Source: Octopus sinensis (taxonomy: Eukaryota). Taken from it: a DNA stretch of 64,000 nt. The stretch covers positions 6,324,001 to 6,388,000 of the forward strand of contig NC_043023.1 of the NCBI RefSeq assembly GCF_006345805.1, read 5' to 3'. Positions within the stretch are counted from its first letter, which is position 1. The number at the start of each line of letters is the position of its first letter. Below are positions 1-10,827 of the stretch, piece by piece. A program made the position numbers and the translations under genes. The notes beneath the pieces were generated by a model, which did no database searches, was not told the DNA's origin, and saw nothing but the letters and a program-made list of their open reading frames with translations.

Positions 1-1221
1 CTTTTGCATCTCCTCCTGTCCATAGATCTTTTGTCCCTGTTCGTCAGTTAAAGCTGGCCATAGACACACTTTCTTGTGTCCCTGTTCGTCAGTCAAAGAT
101 TTGATTGAGGCTTTGTTGCCTCTCTGACTCTCCACACGACGGGCCCATCCGGCCACGTTAATACCTTCTCGTTTCCCAGCGCGTAGCTTAGCTCTGACTC
201 TGCAACCTTCGTGTTTGGAGTTAAGGTGACGGTACAATACCGTCCTTGCCGCCAACACTCCGGATGCAGAGCCAGCTTCCATTGCCTCGTCTAGATTCTT
301 AACTAAATCGCCCTCTAGACTAGCCCTATCTATACTTAGCTGATTGCTAAATCTAACGGACTCTGAACGAATGGCTCTTTTGAGGGAGTGCCACCATCTA
401 TTGTTAATGATGGTGCCACACAATGCCCTCTGTACTAATACCTTAATCCGGGTACGGAAGTCTTCACAATTCAAAATAGCCTTGTTCAGCTTCCAGTACC
501 CGGGTCCTTGTCTATGACACTTGTCCAACTGCATCTCACACGTCACAAATTTGTGATCTGAGTAAGGCACAATGTGGAACTGTGGACAACTAAACGTATC
601 CTTATCTCTTTTCTTAATAAATATCCTATCTAGATACGATCTGCGTGAGCCGTCGCTGTTACTCCACGTCCACTGTGGAACGCTCGGCTCATCCAGTCGG
701 TAACGGTCTACTAGATCAAAGCTCTCTAGTAGACCCTTGAGGCTAGGGTTCCCTTTCCTATTGGTTGAGCCAACACTGTCGACCCGCGCTTCAAGGACAG
801 TGTTAAAGTCCCCTACTAGGATTACCGTTTTCGACGTCGCTAAAAAGGGCTCCAGGTTCCGAAAAAAACCCGCCTGTCTACTCTCGTTCGGAGCGTAGAC
901 AGCTACCAACCTGAAGGACTGTTTACTTACGTGTGTCACATCCAGAACAACCAGCCTGCCTTCTGGGTCCAGAAAGACAGTACTTACCTGTAAGTCCAAG
1001 CTCTTCCTGATAAGGACTGCCACGCCTCTGCCTCTTCCTCGGCTAGGAGAAATAAATTTCTCGAAGCCATTTAGAAGAGGCGAGAACGCTTGGGCCCCGT
1101 TCATCTTGGACTCGGTTGCAATAGCTATATCAACACCATGTGTCGTGAGGTCGTGCAGGAAGCAAATTTGCTTCCATTTCAACCCCATTCCACGTACATT
1201 TATACAACCCAACTTAGCCAT
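1..1221 (-). CDS. Tx1/L1-clade LINE ORF2, APE endonuclease and linker (runs off the window edge; absent from the ORF track because it has no stop)
   Basis: Manual translation from ATG at 1221 stays open to base 1 (407 codons): MAKLGCINVRG...IATESK...VYAPN...VGDFN...SYLDRIF...YSDHKFV...GPGYWKLN. These are the canonical APE endonuclease motifs. Confidence 0.92.
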   Translation of the reverse strand, partial: MAKLGCINVRGMGLKWKQICFLHDLTTHGVDIAIATESKMNGAQAFSPLLNGFEKFISPSRGRGRGVAVLIRKSLDLQVSTVFLDPEGRLVVLDVTHVSKQSFRLVAVYAPNESRQAGFFRNLEPFLATSKTVILVGDFNTVLEARVDSVGSTNRKGNPSLKGLLESFDLVDRYRLDEPSVPQWTWSNSDGSRRSYLDRIFIKKRDKDTFSCPQFHIVPYSDHKFVTCEMQLDKCHRQGPGYWKLNKAILNCEDFRTRIKVLVQRALCGTIINNRWWHSLKRAIRSESVRFSNQLSIDRASLEGDLVKNLDEAMEAGSASGVLAARTVLYRHLNSKHEGCRVRAKLRAGKREGINVAGWARRVESQRGNKASIKSLTDEQGHKKVCLWPALTDEQGQKIYGQEEMQK

Positions 1222-1248
1222 TGTAGGTGAGAGAGAAAATAAATGTAC

Positions 1249-2685
1249 TCACGGTTGGGAAAGGGAGCATGACAGTTTAAATCTGCCTGCTTCCCCTTCT
1301 TCCTCCCTTGTAGTCGCTGCTGCAGGGCTCTTGACCGGCGTTGCCACCGGGCTCTGGGTGGGTGTGGTTGCCGGGGTTATTACAAGTTTGCCCTCCATTA
1401 CTTCTTTAGTCACGTCTCTGATCAGTCGGTTCTTTAGATGCTCTCGAAGAACTTCTTCCTTCCACTCGTCTTCCTTTATTTTCGTGAAGCGAGTGGTTGC
1501 TTTTATATCTGTAGCCTTACTATATAACATAAATTTTGAAAATTTATAATATTTATAAACTCTTTCATTTTTCTCATCGAAAGCAATGATCTTCTCATTT
1601 TTTTTTAACGACTTTTTTACGTCTTGTTTTATGGGGAGGGGCTTGGCAAACTGTTTCCCAATGAAAACAGTGCCATGGGGGTAGGGCTGGGGGATTTGCT
1701 TGGTGTGTGTGTCTGCTGTGCTTGCTGTTTTTTTCTTTGTTTGGGGAGGGGAGTCCGGGGTGTTGTCTTTTTTTCTTTTATGTGTGACTTGAGTGTAGTC
1801 CATTTGTTCGGTACAGTCCGTTTTTGTTTCAATACTTGTCTTCGTCTTGTTATTATCCTTTTCTGTCTTCTCCCCTTCAGTGTTGGGAACACTTTGAGGA
1901 GGCGCTTCATCTGTTTTCTTCTTTTTTATGCAGTTCGATCGGACGTGACCCTTCTCTCCACACTTAAAACATCTGGGTCTACGTCCCTCTACTGATACTC
2001 TCATTGATGTTCCGTCTTCATTGAATATCCTATCGGGCAGGTTTTCTAAAATTTTGTTTTCCGCCTGCACGAGGAGTTCCAGGGTCTGTCCCTTCCATCG
2101 TACCACCTCTTTCTTTCTCATCTGCAGTATCGAGATTTCCCGCTCAATATTGTGCAGGACCGCTGCTGCTACCCACATAATGTCGTACCCTCTGGGTATG
2201 TCTTCAACCAGCAGTTTTGCTGTACGTTTTCCCATGTACGAGGGTAGCAGCATGATGTCGTCGTTTTTCAGGGTCAATGACGACACCTCTCTCGCTACCT
2301 CGGCTGTGTCAAAATGTGCCTCAACCGTAGCACTACGCGCACCTCGGACGACATGACGAATTTTGTCCCACACCGGGGACAGGCACTTTTCGACCATTTC
2401 ATTTCTTACGTCCATTATTTTCTTCTCTTTGAAGCTGTATACTTTATATATGACTGTTTTCTCCTTAATCTCTTGTACCTTTGCCTGCGGCGGTACAAGC
2501 CTGATTTCGCCTCCTTCCACCTTCACCAGGTTCCTAAATTCGAACAGTTGTTCGATTTTGAACTCCACATCCATCATGGCACCGCCTACCGCGGCCGAAA
2601 ATGACTGTTTTGGTACTTCTGTTTCCTTTGTTTCACTTTTTCCCATCACGGGAAAATCCTCCTTCGACGTCAAGTCGAAATCCAT
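1249..2685 (-). CDS. Tx1/L1-clade ORF1 (gag-like, CCHC zinc knuckle)
   Basis: Open frame with VEGRRPRCFKCGEKGHVRSNC. The first ATG is at 2685 (the ORF track starts at a non-ATG codon). It stops 27 nt before the ORF2 ATG. Confidence 0.9.
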   Translation of the reverse strand: MDFDLTSKEDFPVMGKSETKETEVPKQSFSAAVGGAMMDVEFKIEQLFEFRNLVKVEGGEIRLVPPQAKVQEIKEKTVIYKVYSFKEKKIMDVRNEMVEKCLSPVWDKIRHVVRGARSATVEAHFDTAEVAREVSSLTLKNDDIMLLPSYMGKRTAKLLVEDIPRGYDIMWVAAAVLHNIEREISILQMRKKEVVRWKGQTLELLVQAENKILENLPDRIFNEDGTSMRVSVEGRRPRCFKCGEKGHVRSNCIKKKKTDEAPPQSVPNTEGEKTEKDNNKTKTSIETKTDCTEQMDYTQVTHKRKKDNTPDSPPQTKKKTASTADTHTKQIPQPYPHGTVFIGKQFAKPLPIKQDVKKSLKKNEKIIAFDEKNERVYKYYKFSKFMLYSKATDIKATTRFTKIKEDEWKEEVLREHLKNRLIRDVTKEVMEGKLVITPATTPTQSPVATPVKSPAAATTREEEGEAGRFKLSCSLSQP

Positions 2686-2880
2686 TACCTCGAAGGTAAT
2701 AACAATACAGGTAATACAATACAAAATTTTCTGCCCCGTAGGGCGAAAATTACCGTTATACAACGGGCACTGTTCAAAACAATCAACACAAACAACAATA
2801 GCACAAATACGAACTCTCTCAAATAAAGGCAGCTAATTCCTCAGAACGCAGATGAAAAGTAACTAGAGAATAGAATCGAG

Positions 2881-4141
2881 GCTTTTCCACAATAGTGACA
2901 GTTAGTGACGTAGTGTTGACTTAGTGCTTGAAACTTCGCGGGCTTTCTATCACTTCCGCCTTGCTCATTTTGATGTCTGGATTGCATATGTCGAGTTATT
3001 TGAGTTTTGGCGCCTTTTCTGTCGTGTTGACTATATACCCTCGAGATTTCGTTATCTCTTGTTTCGGATGTGGCATTCAGCATCCTTGATTGGTGTCGTG
3101 TTTGCTCTGCACTCTGACCTTTCTTGAATTGTTTTTTGTAAGTCTAAATTTGGTTCTCTCAATAATCTTTCTCTTAGTTTCATGTCTCTGATTCCACATA
3201 TCAGAATATCTCTGGTGAGACTGTCTGTGAGGTTGCCGAATTCGCACTGTTGTGCCTTTTGGCGCAACTCTACCCACATACTCATCAAATTTTTGATGTT
3301 CCGCTTGTCCACATGTGAAGAATTTGTGTCTCAGGAAAGTTATGTTTTTCCTGGGTTCACAATATGTATCGAATTTTTCGATTACTGTTTGAAGGTTCAT
3401 TTCTTTGTCAGGTGAATCTGTAACAGGATCTGGAATCGGTATCACTGGAGGGGTTTCCGATCCGATCCCGTCACCTTCAATTTAGTTAAATATAACAGAC
3501 GAAGTCAGGATATCTGGGAAAGACAGCTAATGTTGTTTATTACTCGTGATGATGTAGATCTGGTGTACGTATTTCTGAGGGGAACCGACAGCCGAATCTG
3601 TTGTACTGCTTCTTGTTGGTTGGTCGAAGTGATTCGATGTAGTTCGCTGCTAAGTTGGTGCGTAGTCCTCAGAGACTGCCAATACACGTCCGTTCACGAG
3701 GGCTGCCGAGGCCAGAGAGACTGAGTGAGCGAACCGCGCTTAGGGGTCAGTTTCCCGCACATGCGCAAGGGGAAGACTTCCGGTGGCCAACCGGAAGTAG
3801 TCCCATTCAGCGCATGCGTGCTGAACCTTACACAGCAGCATCACTACAAATCGAAATCCAGAGTGGAATGGATGTCTCGGCCTTTGGAACCGATGCAAGT
3901 TAAAAACATTGAAGTTTTTACTTTGTCTGGCTTTATGTTACTTTCTGTTGCTATCAAAAAGAGATTGAATTCTTTTTTCCACTTTTTCCATGCTGCGGCT
4001 AGATTTTCCTGATTAAAGTTTAGGTCTTTTGGATGCGGTAAATTTTCCATTTCGTCTTTGAAGTATGATTTCAACTTCTTTTTTCTTTTGGTTTCTGTAT
4101 TTTGGGTTCTTTTAGTACTCTGACACCATGTTGTTGTTATA
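2881..4141 (-). mobile_element. Ty3/Gypsy LTR-retrotransposon 5' remnant (PBS plus frameshifted gag)
   Basis: gag motifs LAAAWKKWKKEFNLFL, KFDTYCEPRKNITFLRHKFF, CEFGNLTDSLTRDILICGIRD..LRERLLRE and CHYCG. An LTR-end-like ..AACA is followed by PBS-like TGGTGTCAGAGT at 4117-4128 (minus). Confidence 0.85.
3638..3848. mobile_element. 211-bp insertion with TGTAGT...ACTACA termini (solo-LTR-like) interrupting gag
   Basis: 6-bp inverted termini. Flanks attcga / aatcga look like a 6-bp TSD with one mismatch. The gag frame stops exactly at its edge. Confidence 0.5.
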
Positions 4142-4217
4142 CATATATATATATATATATATATAAGTATAGGAAAGAATGGAGCTGAGCGAATATTTAA
4201 CAAAATTCCTTTATTTT

Positions 4218-4303
4218 ATTTTCGACATATGTTTCGAAGTCTGCAAAGTCTCTAATTCCGAATGAATAAGGAGTCCATTATGCAGCTTTCTCTTCAGGAA
4301 AAT
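4218..4303 (-). ncRNA. Type I hammerhead ribozyme motif (GUC cleavage triplet)
   Basis: Minus strand reads ATTTTC-CTGAAGA-stem II-GAAAC ATAT GTC-GAAAAT. Stem I is 6 bp, the CUGANGA/GAAA core is intact, and stem III is short with a palindromic sequence (ACATATGT). Confidence 0.8.
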
Positions 4304-4892
4304 CCAGGAACTTCTTTCGACAACAAATATAGATAACCCCTGGATTTCCTACAAAATTAATTTGTGATATCTCATCCCTTTCGTTTATAAGATTTTCTCA
4401 TAACTTCTAAGAGCTGCTACCAATTCAAGTAGTCCCCTCGTCTCTTGTCACTACTATTGTGGGCTCTCTCTGCCCACTCCCTCTTAAGTTGACACATTCG
4501 AACACACAGACACAGTCCTTTCACCTCTTGACTATTAATTTTCTGTCAGCCTTCTACACACACAATCACGCATTCACAGACACACACACACACACACACA
4601 CACACATTAAGACAATTATACACACTCACACATACGAGCACTCATTCATAAAACAAATCAAATATAAACACCAGTCAAACGGAATGCATTCCCTCACCTT
4701 AATATTCTTTTACCTTCCTCCTCCAACCTCGATTGAACCCTTGAACTATTTTAACTGCCAGTTTCTCCTACATTCAACCAATCTGACGTCACCCCCTATA
4801 AATAGACACTATTTATCATTATCGCTGTGGGCTCCTCGAGAGCAGTCATCTAAAAACTTGTTGTGCATTTTGTTGTCGAAAGAAGTTCCTGG

Positions 4893-4978
4893 ATTTTCCT
4901 GAAGAGAAAGCTGCATAATGGACTCCTTATTCACTCGGAATTAGGGACTTTGCAGACTTCGAAACATATGTTGAAAAT
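4893..4978 (+). ncRNA. Type I hammerhead ribozyme motif (GUU triplet)
   Basis: ATTTTC-CTGAAGA-GAAAGCTGCA...TGCAGACTTC-GAAAC ATAT GTT-GAAAAT. Confidence 0.75.
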
Positions 4979-5944
4979 AAAATAAAGGAATTTTGTTAAA
5001 TCTTTGCTCAGCTCCATTCTTTCCTATACTTATAATATTAAATTAAACTTCAAATTTCCGCACTAAGGCACGGAGTATATGCCCTATGGTCGTAACTTCA
5101 ACCGTGTTCTTTCTGTTGTGAGTTTGCTACCCAGGTATCGGTTATCTTTCGAATTATCCGTAATAAGATAATTCATTTATCTACTTAAATATATATATAT
5201 ATATATAAAATGTAACATACATAAGGGAAGGTGGTGTACATACGCCGCAATAATATAGGAATAAAATTTATATATAAAGAAACAAGAACGTGAAATACAC
5301 AAAGGGACGAACACAGAAAACAGACGGGTCATTCGAAGCCTTTAATCTTCGGTCAGAAGCCGGATCATCATAGCAAATTTCGGCTGATTAATTCTGATAT
5401 TTGCTCCAACACGGCCGGCCCCAAGGAAAAACTAAGCTGTGAGCATTAGATTTCTTGGTAAAGAGAATGAATGTAAACGCAACAGAGACGAATATAAATA
5501 CAAAAAACGAAAACAAAAATAAAAGCAAGAATGGTTAATAACAGGATAACAGCAGGTGTCTTACGACTTTAGACAAAACGAGACAAATATAACTTATCTA
5601 GCAGGCGTGTTTGGAAACAATTGCCTTTTCGGCAGAGGGGGAACGATGTTGAGCGGGCCGCGGTCACCAACGGAATGGCTGTATGAAAGGAAATAGTGAG
5701 TACTTAGTACGAAAGATTAAGAAAGTGAGAGAGACTGGATAAACGTGTTAACAATACGAGATACTTTATTAGACTGCTGCTTATACAAGGTATCTTCCGG
5801 AGCAGGAGATTTACTGATTGTCTCTGTATCAAGGGAGATAATGGGCGATGTTAATTGTTCATATTTGTTGTGATGATTACATTAACAACTACCACTTTTC
5901 TTGGGTGGCATTTTTTCATAACTTTCAATATGTGCATCTCTGGC

Positions 5945-7195
5945 AGATGGCAATCCCTCAAGGTCGAGGATGATGGTCTTTGCGCAAATTTACTGGTGAG
6001 TCCGTAGGTGACTGATAAGACCAATTCTTGCTTGAAAAGATCGGTCGTAGTGCGGACATCTAGTACCGGAAGGGAGAGTTGCACGTGGTTGTTGTTGGCG
6101 CTCCTTCCGTCGTCGTCTTTTCTCCTCCAGCTCTGCAGACCTTTTCGACTCGAAATTCGCCGTTCCCTCATGGATGGTGGTTTTCCAGAGTGGTCTGTTT
6201 TTTGCCGTTTCCTCCCAGTTAGTGAAGTCGATGTCACACTTTTTGAAGTTCGTTTTCAGGGAGTCCTTGTGGCGTTTCTTCTGGCCTCCTTTTGTACGCT
6301 TGCCGTCTTTGAGTTGGGAGTAGAAGATCTGTTTGGGAAGTCGTTCGTCAATCATTCTAACCATGTGGCCGCTCCATCTTAGTTGGCCTTTGATGACATA
6401 GGCTTCGATGCTGGTCATTTTTACTTCTTGTTGCATGCTGACGTTTGTTCTTCTGTCTTCCCAGCTGATGTTAAGGATCTTCCAAAGACAGCGCTGGTGA
6501 AATTTCTCGAGCGTTTTCAGGTGGTGACTATATGGGGTTCAGGTTTCGGATGCGTAAAGGAGGGTTGGAATAATGACTGCCCTGTGCACCATGAGTTTGG
6601 TTTCGGTTCGGATGTCCCGATCAGCAAAAACTCTTGTTCAGAGCTTGCCGAAAGCTGTTCCTGCACACTTCAGACGGTGTTGGATTTCATCGCTGAGGTC
6701 TACCTTTGCTGACAGATGGCTCCCAAGGTAGCAGAAATGGTTCACATTTTCCAGTGGAATTCCTTCGAGTTGAATCGATGGCGGGTTGTCAACACGGGCA
6801 TTGGGAGGAGGTTGGTAGAGTAAGTGAGTCTTCTTGATGTTGATGCTCAGTCCAAGTTTAGTATATGCATGATGAAAAGCATTTAGGATCTGTTGGAGGT
6901 GATCCTCTCTGTAAGCTGCTACGCTGTCGTCGGCATATTGGAACTCTAGCAAGTTTCACGCCATTGTCTTTGATGTACTTTTGAGGCGAGCGAGGTTGAA
7001 AAGCTTGCCGTCCATTCTGTACGAGATTTCGATGCCAGGTGGAAGGTATCTCGTATGATGTGCAACACTGTCGCGATAAAGATGGTAAAGAGAGTTGGCG
7101 CTATCACACAGCCTTGCTTCATTCCGGAGGTGACTTTAAAGGGCTCAGAACTGCCTCCGTCGGTCTGGACTCTGGCGTGCATATTGTCGTGTATC
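5945..7195 (-). mobile_element. RTE-clade LINE 3' half (RT and C-terminus), frameshifted
   Basis: GMKQGCVIAPTLF, QYADD, LRWSGHMVRM..ERLPKQIFY and RIGLISHLRTH, followed by an RTE-like 3' UTR (accatcatcctcgac..gagggattgcc). Confidence 0.9.
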
Positions 7196-7627
7196 CACGA
7201 CTGAGCAGCCCTGTTTAGGATCCACTCTGCTCAACTTGAATTGGGAAGGGGCTAGAAAAGGTGCCCTAAACATAGTCTGCTTCACCCCAATCCTGTCTGG
7301 AAAACCGCGTCCAGAGGGATCACCATCATGCGGTCGAAAATCAAGATCAAGGTACGCAACGCTGCAATTCGGGACCTGGAATGTCAGGACTCTCATAGAT
7401 AACACCAACTCAGACAGACCTGAAAGGCGAACTGCAATCATCGCCCGGGAACTCCATCGATTCAATTTTGACATCGTAGCTCTCAGTGAAACCCGGAGAG
7501 CCGGAGAAGGCCGGCTGAGAGAAGAAGGCGGTCAATACACCTTTTTCTGGAAAGGTTACGATCCCGACCATCAATGGATCCATGGTGTGGGTTTTGCAAT
7601 ACGAAACACCATCCTATCCAAACTGAT
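7196..7627 (+). mobile_element. RTE-clade LINE 5' UTR and endonuclease start, inverted relative to the adjacent RT half
   Basis: GTWNVRTL...RPERRTAIIAREL...DIVALSETRRAGEG...YTFFWKG...GVGFAI. Confidence 0.88.
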
Positions 7628-10015
7628 TGAAGTGTTGGTCAAGGGCCAACCTCGCCGCTAAGACGTCGGATGTGATGCCGCTTCTTATTGCCTCTTCTAA
7701 CTTCTTAACTAACTAACTCTCTACTCTATTTCTATCTACGGCTAGCGCCTTGCTATATCTAATTGCTTCCACTTTTACTGCTCTCTTGAGGGTGAACCAC
7801 CATTTGTTGTTGACAATGGCTCCCGTTAAAGCCCTTTTTACTAACGTGTTGATTCTGTCTCTGAAAACCTGTCTGGACGGGAAAGATGCGTTCAGTTTCC
7901 AGTAACCAGGACCCTGTCTATGTGCCTTATCTAAGTCTAGCGTACACGTCACGAATTTGTGATCCGTGTAGCAGACTGTGTTGAATTGTGGACATCCTAA
8001 GTTATCCCTGTCTACTGTCCTACACAGTATCCTATCTAGATACGATCTCGACGACCCACTGCGGTTGCTCCATGTCCACGTTGGTGCATTTGGGTGGTCG
8101 AGTTGGTACCTGTCAGACAGTTGGAATCGTCTGAGCAGGTCTCTGAGGCATTTGCATCCCCTTCTGTTTTTGTCTCTCCCCACATAGTCTAGATGCGTGT
8201 CCAAGGTAGCATTCCAATCCCCCACTAAAAGTAAAGGACGAGACGTTACCAGGAATACTTCTAGACGTCGAAAGAAATCCGGCCGACCTGTTAAAGGCGG
8301 TGCGTAGACTGATACAAGTCGAAAAGCGCACCCATTGCTGCCATCGACATCCAGAACGACCAGTCTACCCTCCGGGTCTACGAATATCGTCTTGACTTCG
8401 AGATCCAGGCTATTGTGAAAAAGTACCGCAATGCCACTACCACCCATCCTCGGCAGACAGGGAGCAAAATAAATGTTAAACTGTCCACCAAACATGGACT
8501 TTTGGGCCCGTGGCTCGTGGAGTCTGGTCTCACTTATGGCTATGATTCCCAAATCGTGTGACTTGATGTCATTTAGGAGGTATCCTTGTTTCCAAGGAGA
8601 CCCCAAGCCACGCGCATTCACACAACCAATCTTGACCATGATTCTATTGGGGTGTGTGCTTTAAAACACAAAAAGGAAAGTACAGAGAGTTACTTACTTG
8701 TGTCGAAAGTTTTGGCTTCCTCGTCCTTTGATGTGTCTTCGAGGAGGTTTTTATAAAGTTTTTGGGAGAGATATTTTTGGAAACCCCCTACAGCATTTGG
8801 GAAGAGGGCTTTGAGTTTGTGGTGTTGTTTGTGTGATGTGTAGTATTTTGATGTGTTTGGGTGGTGTAGTGCGTGGATGGTTGTTAGTTCTGAAGTCATC
8901 TTCACAGATGACTGTGATGTACTCCATTAGTTTGGAGTCTTTGGTGTCTATCGCTGATAGCATTGTGTGTGTTTTTGTGGTGTTGGTGCTTGTTTGGTTG
9001 TGTATGGAGCTTTCAGGTTTCAGGTATCTCCCTGCTTTGGTTGCATTTTCTTGTTTGGGTTTTTTTTCATTTTTTTCTTTTACCACCGGTGGCTATTTGC
9101 CATTCTGTCGAACTTTCATCGTCAGATGAAAAGTCTGACGAATCAGCAGGGGGCAAGGGTAAAGCATCTGGGTCCATTTGTGCGGGGTGGTTTGGTGTGG
9201 TGATTGTCTCTCCTACATCCTTGGTGCTTGTCTTCATTGTTGTTCTCGGTGTTGGAATTGGTTTAGTTGCTGGTGATGGTTCTGTTCTTGGTGCAGGTGG
9301 TGGTGGTGTTTGGTTGGGTTGGTCCGTTCTTTGTTGCTTTTCATGCATTTCTGCATATAGCTTCTTGATTAGCCGTCCATACTGTGGTGTGGGCAATAAT
9401 GCTGGCTTTTGTGGTTTTTTCCTGTGGCTGTGGTTGTTGTTGTTTCGCGGCAGATTTGCACTCCTTTTTGAGGTGTGTTTCACTGCCGCATGTATAGCAG
9501 CGTGGCCTTCTGCCCTCGACTACTACATACAACTTGCGGTCATCCGCAAGATGTACGTGGGTGGGTATGTTATTGATGTCGTCTTGACTTATGTGGAAGA
9601 GGAACTCCATTCTCTTTCCCAGCCAGTCCTTGCTTTTCGAAACACCGATATCTAGGATGTTTAAGTCCTCCATTTCGGATGTTAAGGCGGATGTTATCCA
9701 CAGTGTTGTTGTTACTTGGGGGACATTATTGATAATGACCTTTGTCACCTTCTGGCCAAGGTAACTGGGTGTCATTGTTAGTTCATCTGAATGAAGAGTT
9801 AGCGTTGGGAACTGCTTTGCCAACTCTTCATTCTGAAAAACCACCTGTACGTGGGCAAATTTGTTCGACCAAGTCACATACTCCTTGTATCCCCAGATGG
9901 GGCGTAGGCACTTTTCTATTTTGTCTGTGCTTGCCTTTTCTGGACTTTTAGTTGTTTTATTTGTTATTTAATAAACAATGGTTTTCTTTTTTTCCTCATT
10001 CAGTATGTGTTGTGG
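7628..10015 (-). mobile_element. Tx1-clade LINE (family B): ORF1 C-terminal half plus ORF2 endonuclease, 3'-truncated
   Basis: ORF 7713-8639 contains GCVNARG, SETR, VYAP, VGDWN, YLDRI, TDHKFV and GPGYWKLN. Upstream ORF1 pieces contain EGRRPRCYTCGSETHLKKEC. Confidence 0.9.
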
Positions 10016-10134
10016 ACGAGGACATTAATGAAATGAATGATAATGAAAGAAAGATGATGGGGACGGGAGAAGACAAAAAGCGCCCGCCGACTTCTGCCTC
10101 TCTAAAACATTGTTCTTTTAAAAACAAACACAAC

Positions 10135-10827
10135 ACGGAAACATTGCCAGGCCAGGGATTTCTGGTAATTATCCAGGTACCCCGGCCCGAACGTTAACAG
10201 AACGTTTTAGTATTTACAATATAATGTGTACAGTATTTACAATATAGAGTTTACAAATTTAATATTACACAGTAGGGCAAGGAACCCAACCATCTAGGTA
10301 GAACCTTTACTTCTTGATCCGGCCACACTTACCTGGTGCCAAATATACCCAGCTTGCAAGCTACAGACTTCCATCTTTACACAAACATATCTCGTGACAG
10401 ACACCTCTTCTCCAGCCTGATCTTAACCAACCCCTGGCCGTATACAAAGGTACCTGTCACTATACCTTTCGTACGTGTCTTCCATACTGTTTCTTTCAGT
10501 ATGGCTACTACGCAGGAAAAACAAGCCTTCCTTTCCCTGCTGAGGAAGGGAGGTGGCACAATCTCAATGATAGGCTCCGCTAATAGCTGTACTCTTCCAC
10601 TCACTGACAACAGTTGTTTGGCAAAAGCAATCAGTACCGATAACTCCGGGCACTCCACGAATGCGTGCTAGACGGTTTCCCTATCCTGCTCACATCGCGG
10701 ACATGTCAGCAAGACAGCACTTCCGTGCCTCGACAGCTTGTCGTGAACAGGTAAAGCCGCACGGAAACACTGCCAGGCCAGGGATTTCTGGTAATTATCC
10801 AGGTACCTCGGCCCGAATGTTCTCCGG
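10135..10827 (-). mobile_element. Tx1-clade ORF2 C-terminal (zf-RVT) segment plus 3' UTR; second copy at ~16223-16915
   Basis: FGPRYLDNYQKSLAWQCFRAALPVHDKLSRHG...CPRC...ETV*HAFVEC, then AILKETVWKTR. A ~60-bp direct repeat bounds it (10134-10195 / 10758-10820). Confidence 0.8.

Larger units (their letters stand above)
4162..5034. mobile_element. Palindromic non-autonomous element with ~165-bp inverted arms, probably Penelope terminal repeats
   Basis: 4162-4328 is the near-perfect reverse complement of ~4868-5034, and each arm carries a hammerhead motif. The element sits in a TA microsatellite. Confidence 0.85.

Noticed and set aside
5205-5940. Possible Penelope 3' region with CTGACCGA motif (similar region at 56850-57130)
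   Set aside because: No recognisable protein motif and a non-canonical core, so it could not be classified.
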